NCBI GenBank assembly: GCA_043824495.1
Contig: JBDRSV010000024.1
Location: forward strand, 1-64,000
Direction of reading: 5' to 3'
DNA length: 64,000 nucleotides
Origin: Candidatus Aenigmatarchaeota archaeon
GTDB taxonomy: Archaea; Aenigmatarchaeota; Aenigmatarchaeia; QMZP01
Each line of letters begins with the position of its first letter. Within the stretch, counting starts at the first letter, position 1. Under the pieces are notes generated by a model. That model was given only the letters and a program-made list of their open reading frames with translations. It was not told the DNA's origin and made no database searches. Below are positions 29,901 through 39,390 of the stretch, piece after piece. Made by a program: the position numbers and the translations under genes.

Positions 29901-32900
29901 ACTGTTAAAGTTCTCAAAGGTGTTACTGCTCCATTACCTAAAGAATCATTTACAAACATGAAAAATGTATGTGAACTTTCGGATAGAGAACCTATTGGAG
30001 TTAGGCAATAATTTCCACTAGATGAGAAAGATGTATTAACGCCATCTAATGTGATCACACATGAATCTATATTTTCATCTCCATTTACACGAATTGAAGC
30101 TGTGTTTGAATATTGTTCAGTTCCATCATTTGGAGTAGGAGGTACATAACTCAAGCTAGGTGGTGTTGTGTCTGATCCTGTTGTTTCTGCTGTATTGTTT
30201 ACCCAACCTCCTAAATTACCGATCGTATCAATTGTTCTCAATGATATTGTATGTGATCCACCAGAACTCAGTCCGCTTGCATTAAAGTATTCGTTTGTTG
30301 TGTTTGTTTGGAAAACGCTTTCTATCCAAACTTCTACATGATCAAAGTCAGCGTCTACTGGGTTTGTCCATGACCAATCTATGAAATTTACACCATTACT
30401 ATCATTAATTAATCCAGCTACATCACCTGGTGGTATTGAGTCAAATGTCCATGAAATGGAATCTAGACCAGTGTTACCAAAACTATCTGTCACATAGAAC
30501 GTGACATCATTTGAACTCTGAACAGAAGTTAAGATGGTGGAATTGTCTCCACATGTAATTGATGTGTTTCCTCCATTATTCAAATTGTATTCACAGGAAA
30601 CTGGATTGACATCAGAATAGGAATATTCAAGTGTTGGGTTTGATGTGTATATGATTGATTGTGGTTCAAATATAACAGCTTGTGGTTGTGTAGTGTCTAG
30701 GATAACGCTTCTCATAACAGTTTCAGCATAATTTCCTGCAGAATCATTGACCCATACATAGAATGTGTGGAAACCATCTCCTAGGAATTTTGTCTCCCAA
30801 TAGAATTCTCCATCCTGGATGTCAAATGTTTCGTTTACACCGTCTATGTTTAATCCAACAGAATCTAAGCTGCTATCTGTAGCTGAAATATTTACGAATA
30901 TGAAGTTCTGACTCCAATTACCCTCTGATGTAGTTGATGACTGATAATTTATTTGAGGATCTGTTGTGTCCAAAGCCCATGTTGCAATATCAACTCCCAC
31001 GTTACCTGCATAGTCTGTGAAATATAAAACAAGATTATTTGCTCCTTCAGATGAACTTATTGTTGTAATATTAGGTCCACATGCAATCGATTGGTTAGCT
31101 TGACCATTAGGACTATATTCACAAGTATCTAAATTCATTTCTTCATATGAATAAACAAGAGTAGGATTTGAACCATATGTTATTGGTTGCGGCTCAAACA
31201 CAACAACTTGAGGAGTTACGGTGTCAATTGTTACAATTCTGGTTTCTGTGTAATTACCATTTCCACTCAAATCTTCTAAATAAACTCTGTAAGTCTTAAC
31301 ACCATCTGAAATATACGAATGTAATATTCCAGCGGATGTAGGATTGTATATGTCCATGGAATAATTGTTGCCTTCTGTTTCAAGATAAACATTCTGTATG
31401 TTTTCTGAAGCCGAAACATTTACTTGAATAGCTACAGAAGAGTGAGATCCATCTGTTGGTGTTGGTGGAATGAATACTGGAGATGTGGTAGATGAGTCAA
31501 TTGTGAAAAGGTCACTAACAGACATACACTGACTTGCATTATCACAAGTCTCTATTGACCAAACATGAAAAAAATCAGGTAAATTTACATTGAAAGCGTA
31601 GAGACCTTGTTGTCTTGATGTATTAGTTTGATTGACATGCATTACAGGATAACTATGAGAGAAAGATACATTCATAATATTGTTGTCATCAGAGACATTA
31701 ACGAGGAATGTCACGTCATTATTTAGAATTGTTGAGAATCCTGGAGGAGTTGGAGGAGATATAACAGTTAAAACAGGAGGTAAGTCCGGTAATGATGTGA
31801 TGTTGATGTGTTTAGTTTCATTTGTTGTTACATCAAAAGGATATGTGGTTGCATTATACATCACAAAGAATTCAAATGATCCGCTATCTGCAGTTGCATT
31901 AACATTCCATGTTGTTGTGCACGAATCTCCATTTTTCATGTCCTGAAGACAAGGAGTGTTACTTGTGTTTCTTGGATTTGGATCAGTTGTATAGAAAGGA
32001 GTATCTCCTATGGTAGTGGATAAAGCTCCTTTCATCCAAGCAGGTGGACTCATATCTCTTACGAATACGCCGCTACCAGAAATTCCATCTCCTCCATTGG
32101 GTAGTGGATATGAAGAGCTTATACCATCCCCGTTATCGTCATATTGTGGAGCTTCATCAACATAATCATTCTCAGATACATAATTAAATACTTCGTCTAA
32201 TGTTGCTATACTGTCATTATTCACATCTGCTAAACTTGGATTATTAAGAACATCTCTGAAAAGTTGCATGAAAACATTTCCGTATGAAACATCTTCTTCA
32301 AGAGAAGCTGCCATTATAATCATATTGCTTCTGCTTAAATCATCAATGAATCCTCCTCCAAAACAAGGAAGTATATATACGATTATATTTGCGATGTCTA
32401 GTGCATCTGTGTATACTTTCAAATCATCGTCTGTTAATTTGTGTCCATAAATATACAACCACTCGTCTATACTCACCCAATCGTTCATATCTCCATCATC
32501 GTTTACATCTATCCCATCAAATAATCCTTGATTATCCAAATCAGTTCCATCTACATCCAGCAAAGAAGTGTTGCAATCTGATAGATTATCTTTATCACAT
32601 AGACAATCTACATCTATATCCAATCTATCATCTAAACCTGAATCAAATATACAGTAAGTTGATCCAGGAGTTTGGCTGCTTATACTGCTATAATCATCTA
32701 CAAAAACATCGGGTAGTCCCCAGTCATCTTCATCGAATACACCAGTAGTGTTATTATACGGAGGAATTCCATCACCGTCATAATCCAATACTTCACCATC
32801 AATAGATTCAATGCGTCCATTTTTGTCCAGGTCACTCATCAAATAATCAATAAATCTCTCAACAAAAATATCAGTATCTGCGCTAATATTAGTCCCATTC

Positions 32901-35900
32901 TCTAGCGGAGTTTCATTGAAACTACTCAAGAAAATATGCCTATACATACCATAACTTCCCGAAGAATTGTATTCGTATCTTACCATCCAATTATTCATGC
33001 CATGGTTTGTTCTATAATCTCCTCCGATGTATAAACTTCTTAATTTCAAATTACTTTCTATATAGTCTTGCTCATCTCCTGGTGATACCTCTGGTTTTGA
33101 ATATGAAAAGCCGTGATAAGCACCACCTTCCCATGTGCCTCCTAATCCGGCATATCCTGCCCCGTGATCACTTATCCATAAAATTAAATTATCGTCTTGA
33201 TCTATCACATTTGCTATTTCATTGAAAACTAAATCAATATTATCTAAAGTTGCCGAATAGTCTATCATATTATTTGGATTGTTTCCGTCTGGATCTGTTC
33301 CATCATGATTTATAACGTAAATTTTATCAGGATCCATTCCATATCTGTTGATAAACACAGGATACATCTGCTGAACATCTGTCCAGTATCTCGAGTCACT
33401 TCCGCCATTTAACATAATTATGTACTGTTCTTTTACACCATCTGGTGGTGCAGTGGTTATCCATGATGTAGTTGTTTTTGGTCTTTCTACTTCTGCTTGC
33501 TCTCCACGTTCTGTTCTAACCTCGACTGTTATTGTATCAGAGGCTGAAAGTCCAGCGAAAGATGATGTCTTCAAAAGAGCGTTGTAAATTCCCGCTGTTG
33601 TATAGACATGTGTAGTGTAACCAGAAACAGATTCATAATCAAAATTATCGTCTCCATCAAAATCCCATTGATAAGAAAGTGTTTCATCATCTATAGAATA
33701 ACCTTCTCCTCTAAACCGCGTTTCTTGATTTACATAAGTTATAATATTCTTTCCAGCAGATGCTACAACTTCTGGAAAAAGTTTGACAGGATCAGATGTT
33801 TCACAATCTGATGGGCAGCTACTGAATGTTTCATCATAGTTACAAACTCCATCACCACATGAACCAAAAATAAATCCTGGGCTGGTAAAATCATGTGTTG
33901 CTGGTTCTTCTGGATCTAGAACAGCTTGTATGCTTCCACATTCTCCTCCAAGACATGTAACATTAGACGTGAAATTAAAGAACTCGTCTTTACTAACATT
34001 TGTATTCACAACAGGGTCAATAAGAGTTGTTTGTAATTGACCCCATGGAATAAACATACCAACAAAACCTATGTCATACTGTGGCTGATCATCATAACAT
34101 GTGACATTTAGTCTGAAATCTCCAGAATCATTTATTGTAACATCGGGATTATCATATTCCCAAATATCACCGCCTGTGTTTGTCCCGGATTGATTAAAGA
34201 AGATATTTGAATCAGGAATGTTCTCAAATCTGAAATGAACACTTGTAATAAGTCCATCTTGGCTAGTGCAATTAGTTCTTACAGAATTCAGAATATCTCC
34301 GTATGTGAGTAGGCATAAATTGTCCCAGATACCATTGATCCTACATTCAATTTCATTTACTGACGGAGGAATAATCGTATTCGAATCAATACTACCATTG
34401 TTGATAATCAAAGAAGCTGGAGTGCCTCCACTAGAATTTGTCCATCCAACATTAGTGATGTTTACAAAAGAATTTCCTGTATTGTTTGCGAAAAATGTTA
34501 TTGTGGTAGTAACATTCTCATTATCATTAACACCAGAACTATTTCTTGTTATATTCACATTATCAATAAGACCAGAAACATTGGAGTAGCTAAAGAAAGT
34601 TAGATTACCTCCAGATTGGCTGAGCATAGGCCCTTCTGTTATCGAAACGAACGAAAGAATACTTTCATTATATTCAATGTCATATTGCAGAGAATGTAAA
34701 TCATTTGAACCAAGAGGAGCTTTAGCTCTAATTTCTATAACAACATTATTTCCTACATATACCGGAGATGATGGAGAAACAAATAATTCATTTGGATCAG
34801 ATTGGAGTGATATAAAAGAAAGAGTTGCTGTCATTGTCATACTTGAATTAGAAATGTTGGAAATAGACACGCCTGTCAGATTTGAATAATAGTCATTAGA
34901 ATCTGGAATACTTGTGGCATCAAAAATTCTATTGTTTGTTGGTCCAGGGTAGATATCTTCTGCATCACCGTTTCCTATCTGTTTTTCCAATTCCCATAAA
35001 CCATCTGCCTGTTCCAATGCTACTAGAAAATGTGAGAATGGGCTCATTCCAGGATACCATTCCATATTATTGCTACTCTTTGCCTCGTCTATGTGCCATA
35101 TTAAAAGACCTGTTCCCCGAAGAGGAATATCGTAACCAAGTCTCTGCCTATTTTCTACAAGAAAATATTGAGATAGTTGAGTGTTATTTGTCCATAGCCT
35201 ATAGATGCTCTCATTTGATGTTTCCGAAGCTGGAAGCTGTACTGTTGTTAGAGACGAGTTTATGAACAATGGATCAGCGAAGCCTAATTGTATCTTACTC
35301 CAAGCACTTAGATGTGATGGAGAATCTCCGTTGTTGACGATACCCATCCAAGATCCATGACCCATTACACCCCAGACGCCAATACCTCTTGAGCTGCCAT
35401 CAATATCATAAAGATCAGGCAATCCAAATATATGACCCCATTCATGAACAACAACGCCTATAGTTAGGTTCAATGTATCATATGTAACTTCTGGAAAAAT
35501 ACAGTAATCAGAAATAATAACACCGTCTCTAGTTAGAGGAGTTCTCAAATTCCATTTATGAGACCATATATCGTATGGATTTCCTGTGATCTCTGCCCCT
35601 TTACCTGCATGTATAACAGTAAATCCTTCTACTCTGCCATCACCGTCATTATCATAGTCTGCAAAATTAACAAATGAATCAACGAGATCTACTGCCTCTT
35701 CTGCCAGTCTCTGAGCATTATTAGGATAAGCCATACTAATACCATATGTCCCGTTTGCATAGAAAGAGGAGTTCTGAGAAGCTGTGTGCCATCCTAGTAT
35801 AGAAGGTAAATTAACAGTTGTTATATCAAATTTACCATAACTGTTCTCTAAATAGAAATGTCTTGCAGATGGTTGAGTTGTTCCAAATATTCTGTCGTCA

Positions 35901-36223
35901 TAAAAATCTTCTGGGATCACATGCGGCTTGTTAGGAAAATCAACTAGGATAAGTAACATCTTGAAAGTTGTATTATCAATAGATGTTGTTATTCTGTTTC
36001 CTGGAGGAGCTAAAGCCGCAAGATCTAAAAGCTTTCCAGGTTTATCCAAGCCAGAAGTTCGTGCTACTGTATATTCGGGTGTAGTGAAAGGGTTTGGTAT
36101 TTCTCCCCTTTCTATTTTTCCTTGGACATCTGGAGAAGGAGCTACAGCCATTGTAGTTGAAATAGAAATTGATAAGACTGATAAAAAGACTACTAAAGCT
36201 AACAACACTGAAACAATCCTCAT
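26945..36223 (-). CDS. Giant surface protein D (3092 aa): M6 (immune inhibitor A-like) metalloprotease, cohesin-like, PKD, C13-like cysteine protease, Ig/FN3 stalk, TM and cytoplasmic domain
   Basis: ILVDFP, DIWSHKW, HEWGHIFGLPDLYD (35432-35446), WGVMGHGSW, YFLVENRQ; PKD YQWDFDGD...HVYTTAG.Y; MLNGG...SDHGAG...ILPCFGGGF...GNVF; TM near 27330-27400. Confidence 0.88.
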   Translation of the reverse strand: MRIVSVLLALVVFLSVLSISISTTMAVAPSPDVQGKIERGEIPNPFTTPEYTVARTSGLDKPGKLLDLAALAPPGNRITTSIDNTTFKMLLILVDFPNKPHVIPEDFYDDRIFGTTQPSARHFYLENSYGKFDITTVNLPSILGWHTASQNSSFYANGTYGISMAYPNNAQRLAEEAVDLVDSFVNFADYDNDGDGRVEGFTVIHAGKGAEITGNPYDIWSHKWNLRTPLTRDGVIISDYCIFPEVTYDTLNLTIGVVVHEWGHIFGLPDLYDIDGSSRGIGVWGVMGHGSWMGIVNNGDSPSHLSAWSKIQLGFADPLFINSSLTTVQLPASETSNESIYRLWTNNTQLSQYFLVENRQRLGYDIPLRGTGLLIWHIDEAKSSNNMEWYPGMSPFSHFLVALEQADGLWELEKQIGNGDAEDIYPGPTNNRIFDATSIPDSNDYYSNLTGVSISNISNSSMTMTATLSFISLQSDPNELFVSPSSPVYVGNNVVIEIRAKAPLGSNDLHSLQYDIEYNESILSFVSITEGPMLSQSGGNLTFFSYSNVSGLIDNVNITRNSSGVNDNENVTTTITFFANNTGNSFVNITNVGWTNSSGGTPASLIINNGSIDSNTIIPPSVNEIECRINGIWDNLCLLTYGDILNSVRTNCTSQDGLITSVHFRFENIPDSNIFFNQSGTNTGGDIWEYDNPDVTINDSGDFRLNVTCYDDQPQYDIGFVGMFIPWGQLQTTLIDPVVNTNVSKDEFFNFTSNVTCLGGECGSIQAVLDPEEPATHDFTSPGFIFGSCGDGVCNYDETFSSCPSDCETSDPVKLFPEVVASAGKNIITYVNQETRFRGEGYSIDDETLSYQWDFDGDDNFDYESVSGYTTHVYTTAGIYNALLKTSSFAGLSASDTITVEVRTERGEQAEVERPKTTTSWITTAPPDGVKEQYIIMLNGGSDSRYWTDVQQMYPVFINRYGMDPDKIYVINHDGTDPDGNNPNNMIDYSATLDNIDLVFNEIANVIDQDDNLILWISDHGAGYAGLGGTWEGGAYHGFSYSKPEVSPGDEQDYIESNLKLRSLYIGGDYRTNHGMNNWMVRYEYNSSGSYGMYRHIFLSSFNETPLENGTNISADTDIFVERFIDYLMSDLDKNGRIESIDGEVLDYDGDGIPPYNNTTGVFDEDDWGLPDVFVDDYSSISSQTPGSTYCIFDSGLDDRLDIDVDCLCDKDNLSDCNTSLLDVDGTDLDNQGLFDGIDVNDDGDMNDWVSIDEWLYIYGHKLTDDDLKVYTDALDIANIIVYILPCFGGGFIDDLSRSNMIIMAASLEEDVSYGNVFMQLFRDVLNNPSLADVNNDSIATLDEVFNYVSENDYVDEAPQYDDNGDGISSSYPLPNGGDGISGSGVFVRDMSPPAWMKGALSTTIGDTPFYTTDPNPRNTSNTPCLQDMKNGDSCTTTWNVNATADSGSFEFFVMYNATTYPFDVTTNETKHINITSLPDLPPVLTVISPPTPPGFSTILNNDVTFLVNVSDDNNIMNVSFSHSYPVMHVNQTNTSRQQGLYAFNVNLPDFFHVWSIETCDNASQCMSVSDLFTIDSSTTSPVFIPPTPTDGSHSSVAIQVNVSASENIQNVYLETEGNNYSMDIYNPTSAGILHSYISDGVKTYRVYLEDLSGNGNYTETRIVTIDTVTPQVVVFEPQPITYGSNPTLVYSYEEMNLDTCEYSPNGQANQSIACGPNITTISSSEGANNLVLYFTDYAGNVGVDIATWALDTTDPQINYQSSTTSEGNWSQNFIFVNISATDSSLDSVGLNIDGVNETFDIQDGEFYWETKFLGDGFHTFYVWVNDSAGNYAETVMRSVILDTTQPQAVIFEPQSIIYTSNPTLEYSYSDVNPVSCEYNLNNGGNTSITCGDNSTILTSVQSSNDVTFYVTDSFGNTGLDSISWTFDSIPPGDVAGLINDSNGVNFIDWSWTNPVDADFDHVEVWIESVFQTNTTNEYFNASGLSSGGSHTISLRTIDTIGNLGGWVNNTAETTGSDTTPPSLSYVPPTPNDGTEQYSNTASIRVNGDENIDSCVITLDGVNTSFSSSGNYCLTPIGSLSESSHTFFMFVNDSLGNGAVTPLRTLTVDQTEPDISFNPSNPTDNTITSNPSVTISVSANDQNTLDDIILHWNGTNESNTMTNVGGNNWEITKGMGAEESHTYHVWTNDSAGNSNVTETRTIILDSTSPTINYEARTADGYSSLDWIFVNVSSIDANLVSVMISWNGVNETIQVQDGEFYWSNKTGLTDGNYLFYVWVNDSIGNYNQTISGNVTIDFTAPVINVIVPLNTTIFNTGTLLDVTIIESNIYTCVYYLNGAGPNPLLNNCQGDSMTAQEGINVVEVNATDKAGNSAIFTRVFTVNTSPPNGVENLSNSSRGPYSIFWTWTNPTNPNFDHVEIWVDSTFHLNVTNTSLNTTGLSSGLSHEISTRTIDTYGHMNTTWINATAQTIGVIPVVNITHPMNGNSFNVTTINMTYEKLGILTEVDHAKLKMDSNPEIHDVQNIGYYLFTGISNGQHNLTVWLVNSTNDTFTNSEATHSILFTIDTSPPNIFNITTSVTNITGTLSWTTTENADSRIAYDKNASALSSNIYSSSSVTQHQIGITSLTNNTLYYYNITSCDTSRNCNTSGPNSFTTSSNPQPASCGDGTCNGGESCATCSSDCGNCPPPDNNNNNNNNEPDPPENESTNLTTSIVITPPTALRDNQELRDISEGIIDIPELTDDAVEDLISFSEAIISDFTGTRYLFIVNGDSELVLKLKYNGNSNLINLMVYDIIPKEFTNNVTSLRLYVPYGNYEVVNPDPEFMFSYPKVRPGEEITISYTVETEVDFDIINKTNTSLFAEGIEEIPDCNNNGVCDSGVETIDNCPGDCFASSCTPGEKRCNNDTVELCNVQGTGWNGQFCEFGCNQVGLTCNETPVNLGDLTGVIGVILVIMATGALGGYFIYTKMQTKKPSLSTKLKIKPEKKIKILKKPLPKGPVTGTPIDSSLRDINDYPKSFIGRRVRVRGSIIFSNEFKATRDMWYTMDDGTSDILIYSTEKGIRGSGILVGVVERTGNSQLYIKMETFRRTSVY

Positions 36224-36295
36224 GATATCTATATATTAATTAGAATTGTAAGCATATATTGGTAGCTATATAAAGGACTTTTTTAAAATCATAAT

Positions 36296-37135
36296 ATGAA
36301 AGTAATATCTTCTCTTAGAGCAGCTGAATATGTGTCAGATTGGCATCCAGAATCTCCAGATAGGCTCTTATCTTCTCTAGGTTTTGTAAAAGATAAAGGA
36401 TTCGAAATTATTGAACCAAGAGAAGCGCATGAACAGGATGTGATGCTTGTTCATGATATAGATCTTATAGAGAGTGTGAAAGCGAATGATTACTTTGAAC
36501 CTGATACACCAAACATAGAAAACATATACGAATATGCACTACTAGCTGCAGGAGCAGCTCTTGAAGCTCAGAAATTGTGTTCTAGAGAGTTTATCTTCTC
36601 TCTAATGAGACCTCCTGGTCACCATGCAAGAAGAGGTTTCTTAGGAGGATTCTGTTATTTCAACAATATAGCTATAGCTGTTTATAGAGCTTTACAAAAA
36701 TACAAAAAAATAGCTGTGATTGACATAGACAATCATCATGGTGATGGCTCGCAGGACATATTTATCAACAATCCTAAAATTCTTTACGTGTCACTTCACG
36801 AACATCCTTTTTTCCCAGGAACGGGATTGCGATCGGAAGCCAATTGTTTAAACTATCCTTTGCCTGCAGGAACCGAAGAGAAAACATATATAAAAACACT
36901 AGAAGAGGCGTTGATTCATGTAAAAAAATTTGAACCGGATTTAATAGCAATATCTGCAGGATTCGATACACATAGAGATGATCCACTTGGTAACATGAGA
37001 CTTGAAGTAAGCTCATATCAAAAAATAGCCGAATTAATCAAGAACTTAAATAAGCCTACATTTGCGGTATTGGAAGGTGGTTACTCTACATCTTTACCGC
37101 AGTGTATATATAGCTTCTTGAAAGGATTTAGTTGA
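36296..37135 (+). CDS. Histone deacetylase family (AcuC/AphA-like) Zn-dependent deacylase
   Basis: RPPGHH, GFCYFNN, DIDNHHGDG, SLHE, SAGFD and LEGGY. Confidence 0.93.
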   Translation: MKVISSLRAAEYVSDWHPESPDRLLSSLGFVKDKGFEIIEPREAHEQDVMLVHDIDLIESVKANDYFEPDTPNIENIYEYALLAAGAALEAQKLCSREFIFSLMRPPGHHARRGFLGGFCYFNNIAIAVYRALQKYKKIAVIDIDNHHGDGSQDIFINNPKILYVSLHEHPFFPGTGLRSEANCLNYPLPAGTEEKTYIKTLEEALIHVKKFEPDLIAISAGFDTHRDDPLGNMRLEVSSYQKIAELIKNLNKPTFAVLEGGYSTSLPQCIYSFLKGFS

Positions 37136-37146
37136 ATTAAATAAAA

Positions 37147-38463
37147 TTAAAAAGAGTATAAAATTCTCTTCAAATCCTCAGGTATATTAATTCTGTATTT
37201 ATCCTGAAAAAACTCATAGTCACCCTTATGATAAGTGTAGTGATGTTTTTCTATAAGTTCTACGAATTTATTTTTTTTGAGTGTTCTGAGATAATTTCTA
37301 GCAGCTCCAAGAGAAACATCCAAAACATCACTGATATTGTTTGTAGTGAAATAGCCTTTGGATTTTTGTGTCTTTTCTAGTTGTTTTATAAAGAGAGAAA
37401 AATCATATAATTTCCTCTTAAGCTCACTTCTTAAATAACCTTTGTTTATATTTAGCAGAGGCCACAATCTCAAAAAATTATAATATCCGTTGATGTTCAA
37501 GTAATACATAAGTTTCCACTTCTTAAGAGTCTTATCATAATAATTAGATGGCTTTCTAAAAGTGCTGTGTATATTACATATATTCAGTAATTCTCTGAGC
37601 TCTTTGAGAACATGCGGTGCCATGTTTTCTTTATCTAGAATTGTATGTTTTTCTTTACTGCTAGATTTTATACCGGATGAGAGTGCTATATAAATTCCTC
37701 CAGCATTAATATGTCCTTCATCGTCTATGAATTGAGAAACACATGAACCGATAAGATTGGGATCTTTTAACTCCTTTAAAATTTTATTCAAATATGTTTC
37801 TCTTAATACTTTGCTTCCAGTGATAAATCCTAGGGATTCTACGTATATTTGTCCAAGTATTCCTGTGAAATATATCTCTTGAGCTCCAGATACTTTTCTC
37901 TTAGAGTGATTTACTATACCAAAAGTATGTCTGATACATCGAAATACCTCTTCATGTAGATCATTATTTGAATTTACATATCCTATTCTTACGTGGCCAG
38001 AATAATCTTTGGTTATATACCCATCTCCAAAGGGGAATGTTAAGCATTTAACTCCTTCTGGTGTATTGAAATCAAATGGAAATTTCCTCATAAGAAAATT
38101 CCCCTCCTTCAAGTAGGGTATTATTGAGCCTCCCCTTGATGATTCTATGGAATATAAATATTTTTCTAAAAAATCTATAGAGTATTTTTTAATTCCATTT
38201 CGTTCAAGATAAGAGCAAATTTTTAACAAATGCTCGAGTCTAATTTTTCTTTTATAGGAAAGCGTCTTATAAATTAATGTTCTTGGTATACCAATTTCTT
38301 TTGATACACGTTTTATATCCACTGCTTGTTGTTGAAAATCCTTGATAAGTCTCTTTAAAAAATTCCTGTCCTCTTTGATTCCTATCAATTTATTGTTTTT
38401 GTTTAATCTCAATTTACCAAAAGACAGATAAGTACTCTTTGGTAAATCATCTAGTCTTATCAT
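37147..38463 (-). CDS. Free-standing LAGLIDADG-like protein with N-terminal HTH and C-terminal winged HTH
   Basis: Motifs LTFPFGDGYI and VSQFIDDEGHI; HTH-like VSKEIGIPRTLIYK; C-terminal FTTNNISDVLDVSLGAARNYLRTLKKNKFVE. Confidence 0.7.
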   Translation of the reverse strand: MIRLDDLPKSTYLSFGKLRLNKNNKLIGIKEDRNFLKRLIKDFQQQAVDIKRVSKEIGIPRTLIYKTLSYKRKIRLEHLLKICSYLERNGIKKYSIDFLEKYLYSIESSRGGSIIPYLKEGNFLMRKFPFDFNTPEGVKCLTFPFGDGYITKDYSGHVRIGYVNSNNDLHEEVFRCIRHTFGIVNHSKRKVSGAQEIYFTGILGQIYVESLGFITGSKVLRETYLNKILKELKDPNLIGSCVSQFIDDEGHINAGGIYIALSSGIKSSSKEKHTILDKENMAPHVLKELRELLNICNIHSTFRKPSNYYDKTLKKWKLMYYLNINGYYNFLRLWPLLNINKGYLRSELKRKLYDFSLFIKQLEKTQKSKGYFTTNNISDVLDVSLGAARNYLRTLKKNKFVELIEKHHYTYHKGDYEFFQDKYRINIPEDLKRILYSF

Positions 38464-38546
38464 AATATATTTACAATTATAGATATATAAATATTACTAT
38501 GGATAAGGAACACAACATATTTAATAATGGTCTCTATTACAATATT

Positions 38547-39359
38547 ATGAAAAAAGGAATATTATTGGTTATTGTTGTCGTAGTCCTTGGTGCTATGGGT
38601 TATATTCTTCTCGATTTACCAGGGTCTGAAATAGTACCTGATATTAGATTACAAGGAGAATCAGCAGTTATAGATCGTGTTATAGATGGAGATACGGTAG
38701 AGCTAGAAAACGGAGATAAAGTAAGACTTCTGGGAATAGATACTCCTGAAAAAGGTCAACTGTTTTATGGAGAAGCAACTAGATGGCTAGAAGAGCGTGT
38801 GCTAAATAAAGAAGTTTGGCTAGAGCCTGGAAAAGAAAACAAAGACAAGTATGACAGGTTTCTAAGATACATATTCGTGGGAAGCACTTTCATCAACTTG
38901 GAGCTTGTAAAAACAGGCTATGCAACTTCTTACATTTTTGAAGAAGATCAATATTCAGAAGTGATTCGAGAAGCAGAGCAGGAAGCTAGAAGAGATGGTC
39001 TCGGTTTGTGGGGAGTGGCTAGTCTGAAAGCATTCTGTCTAGGAATATACAATTTCCATTACAATGCAAAAGGAGATGACAACGAGAATCTAAATGATGA
39101 ATACATAGAATTTAGAAACAAATGTACTCATCCTATACAAATAACTGGATGGGTATTGTTTGATTCTAAGAATACTATATACAGGGTACCAAATGTTACA
39201 GTTATGAACAAAACAATAATAACAGTTCATACAGGGACAGGACAAAACACAGAAGAAGATTTATTCTGGGGATTAGAGAGAGCTGTGTGGAACAATGATG
39301 GAGATAAATTGACCATGCTTGATGCTGAAGGAAACGGGATGCTTGAGTATGAGTACTAG
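38547..39359 (+). CDS. Membrane-anchored thermonuclease (SNase-like) with a lamin-tail domain
   Basis: N-terminal TM, VIDGDT, VRLLGIDTPE, DKYDRFLRY, GLGLW; then NDEYIEF.N...GW.L.D...VWNNDGD. Start placed at MKKG (38547). Confidence 0.9.
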   Translation: MKKGILLVIVVVVLGAMGYILLDLPGSEIVPDIRLQGESAVIDRVIDGDTVELENGDKVRLLGIDTPEKGQLFYGEATRWLEERVLNKEVWLEPGKENKDKYDRFLRYIFVGSTFINLELVKTGYATSYIFEEDQYSEVIREAEQEARRDGLGLWGVASLKAFCLGIYNFHYNAKGDDNENLNDEYIEFRNKCTHPIQITGWVLFDSKNTIYRVPNVTVMNKTIITVHTGTGQNTEEDLFWGLERAVWNNDGDKLTMLDAEGNGMLEYEY

Positions 39360-39390
39360 CTTTAAATATACAAAACACTAATCTGAAACC

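Noticed and set aside
8564-36223. Diversity-generating retroelement target or template repeats in the giant genes
   Set aside because: No reverse transcriptase in the window, and the repeat pairs differ at single sites rather than showing many adenine-specific changes.
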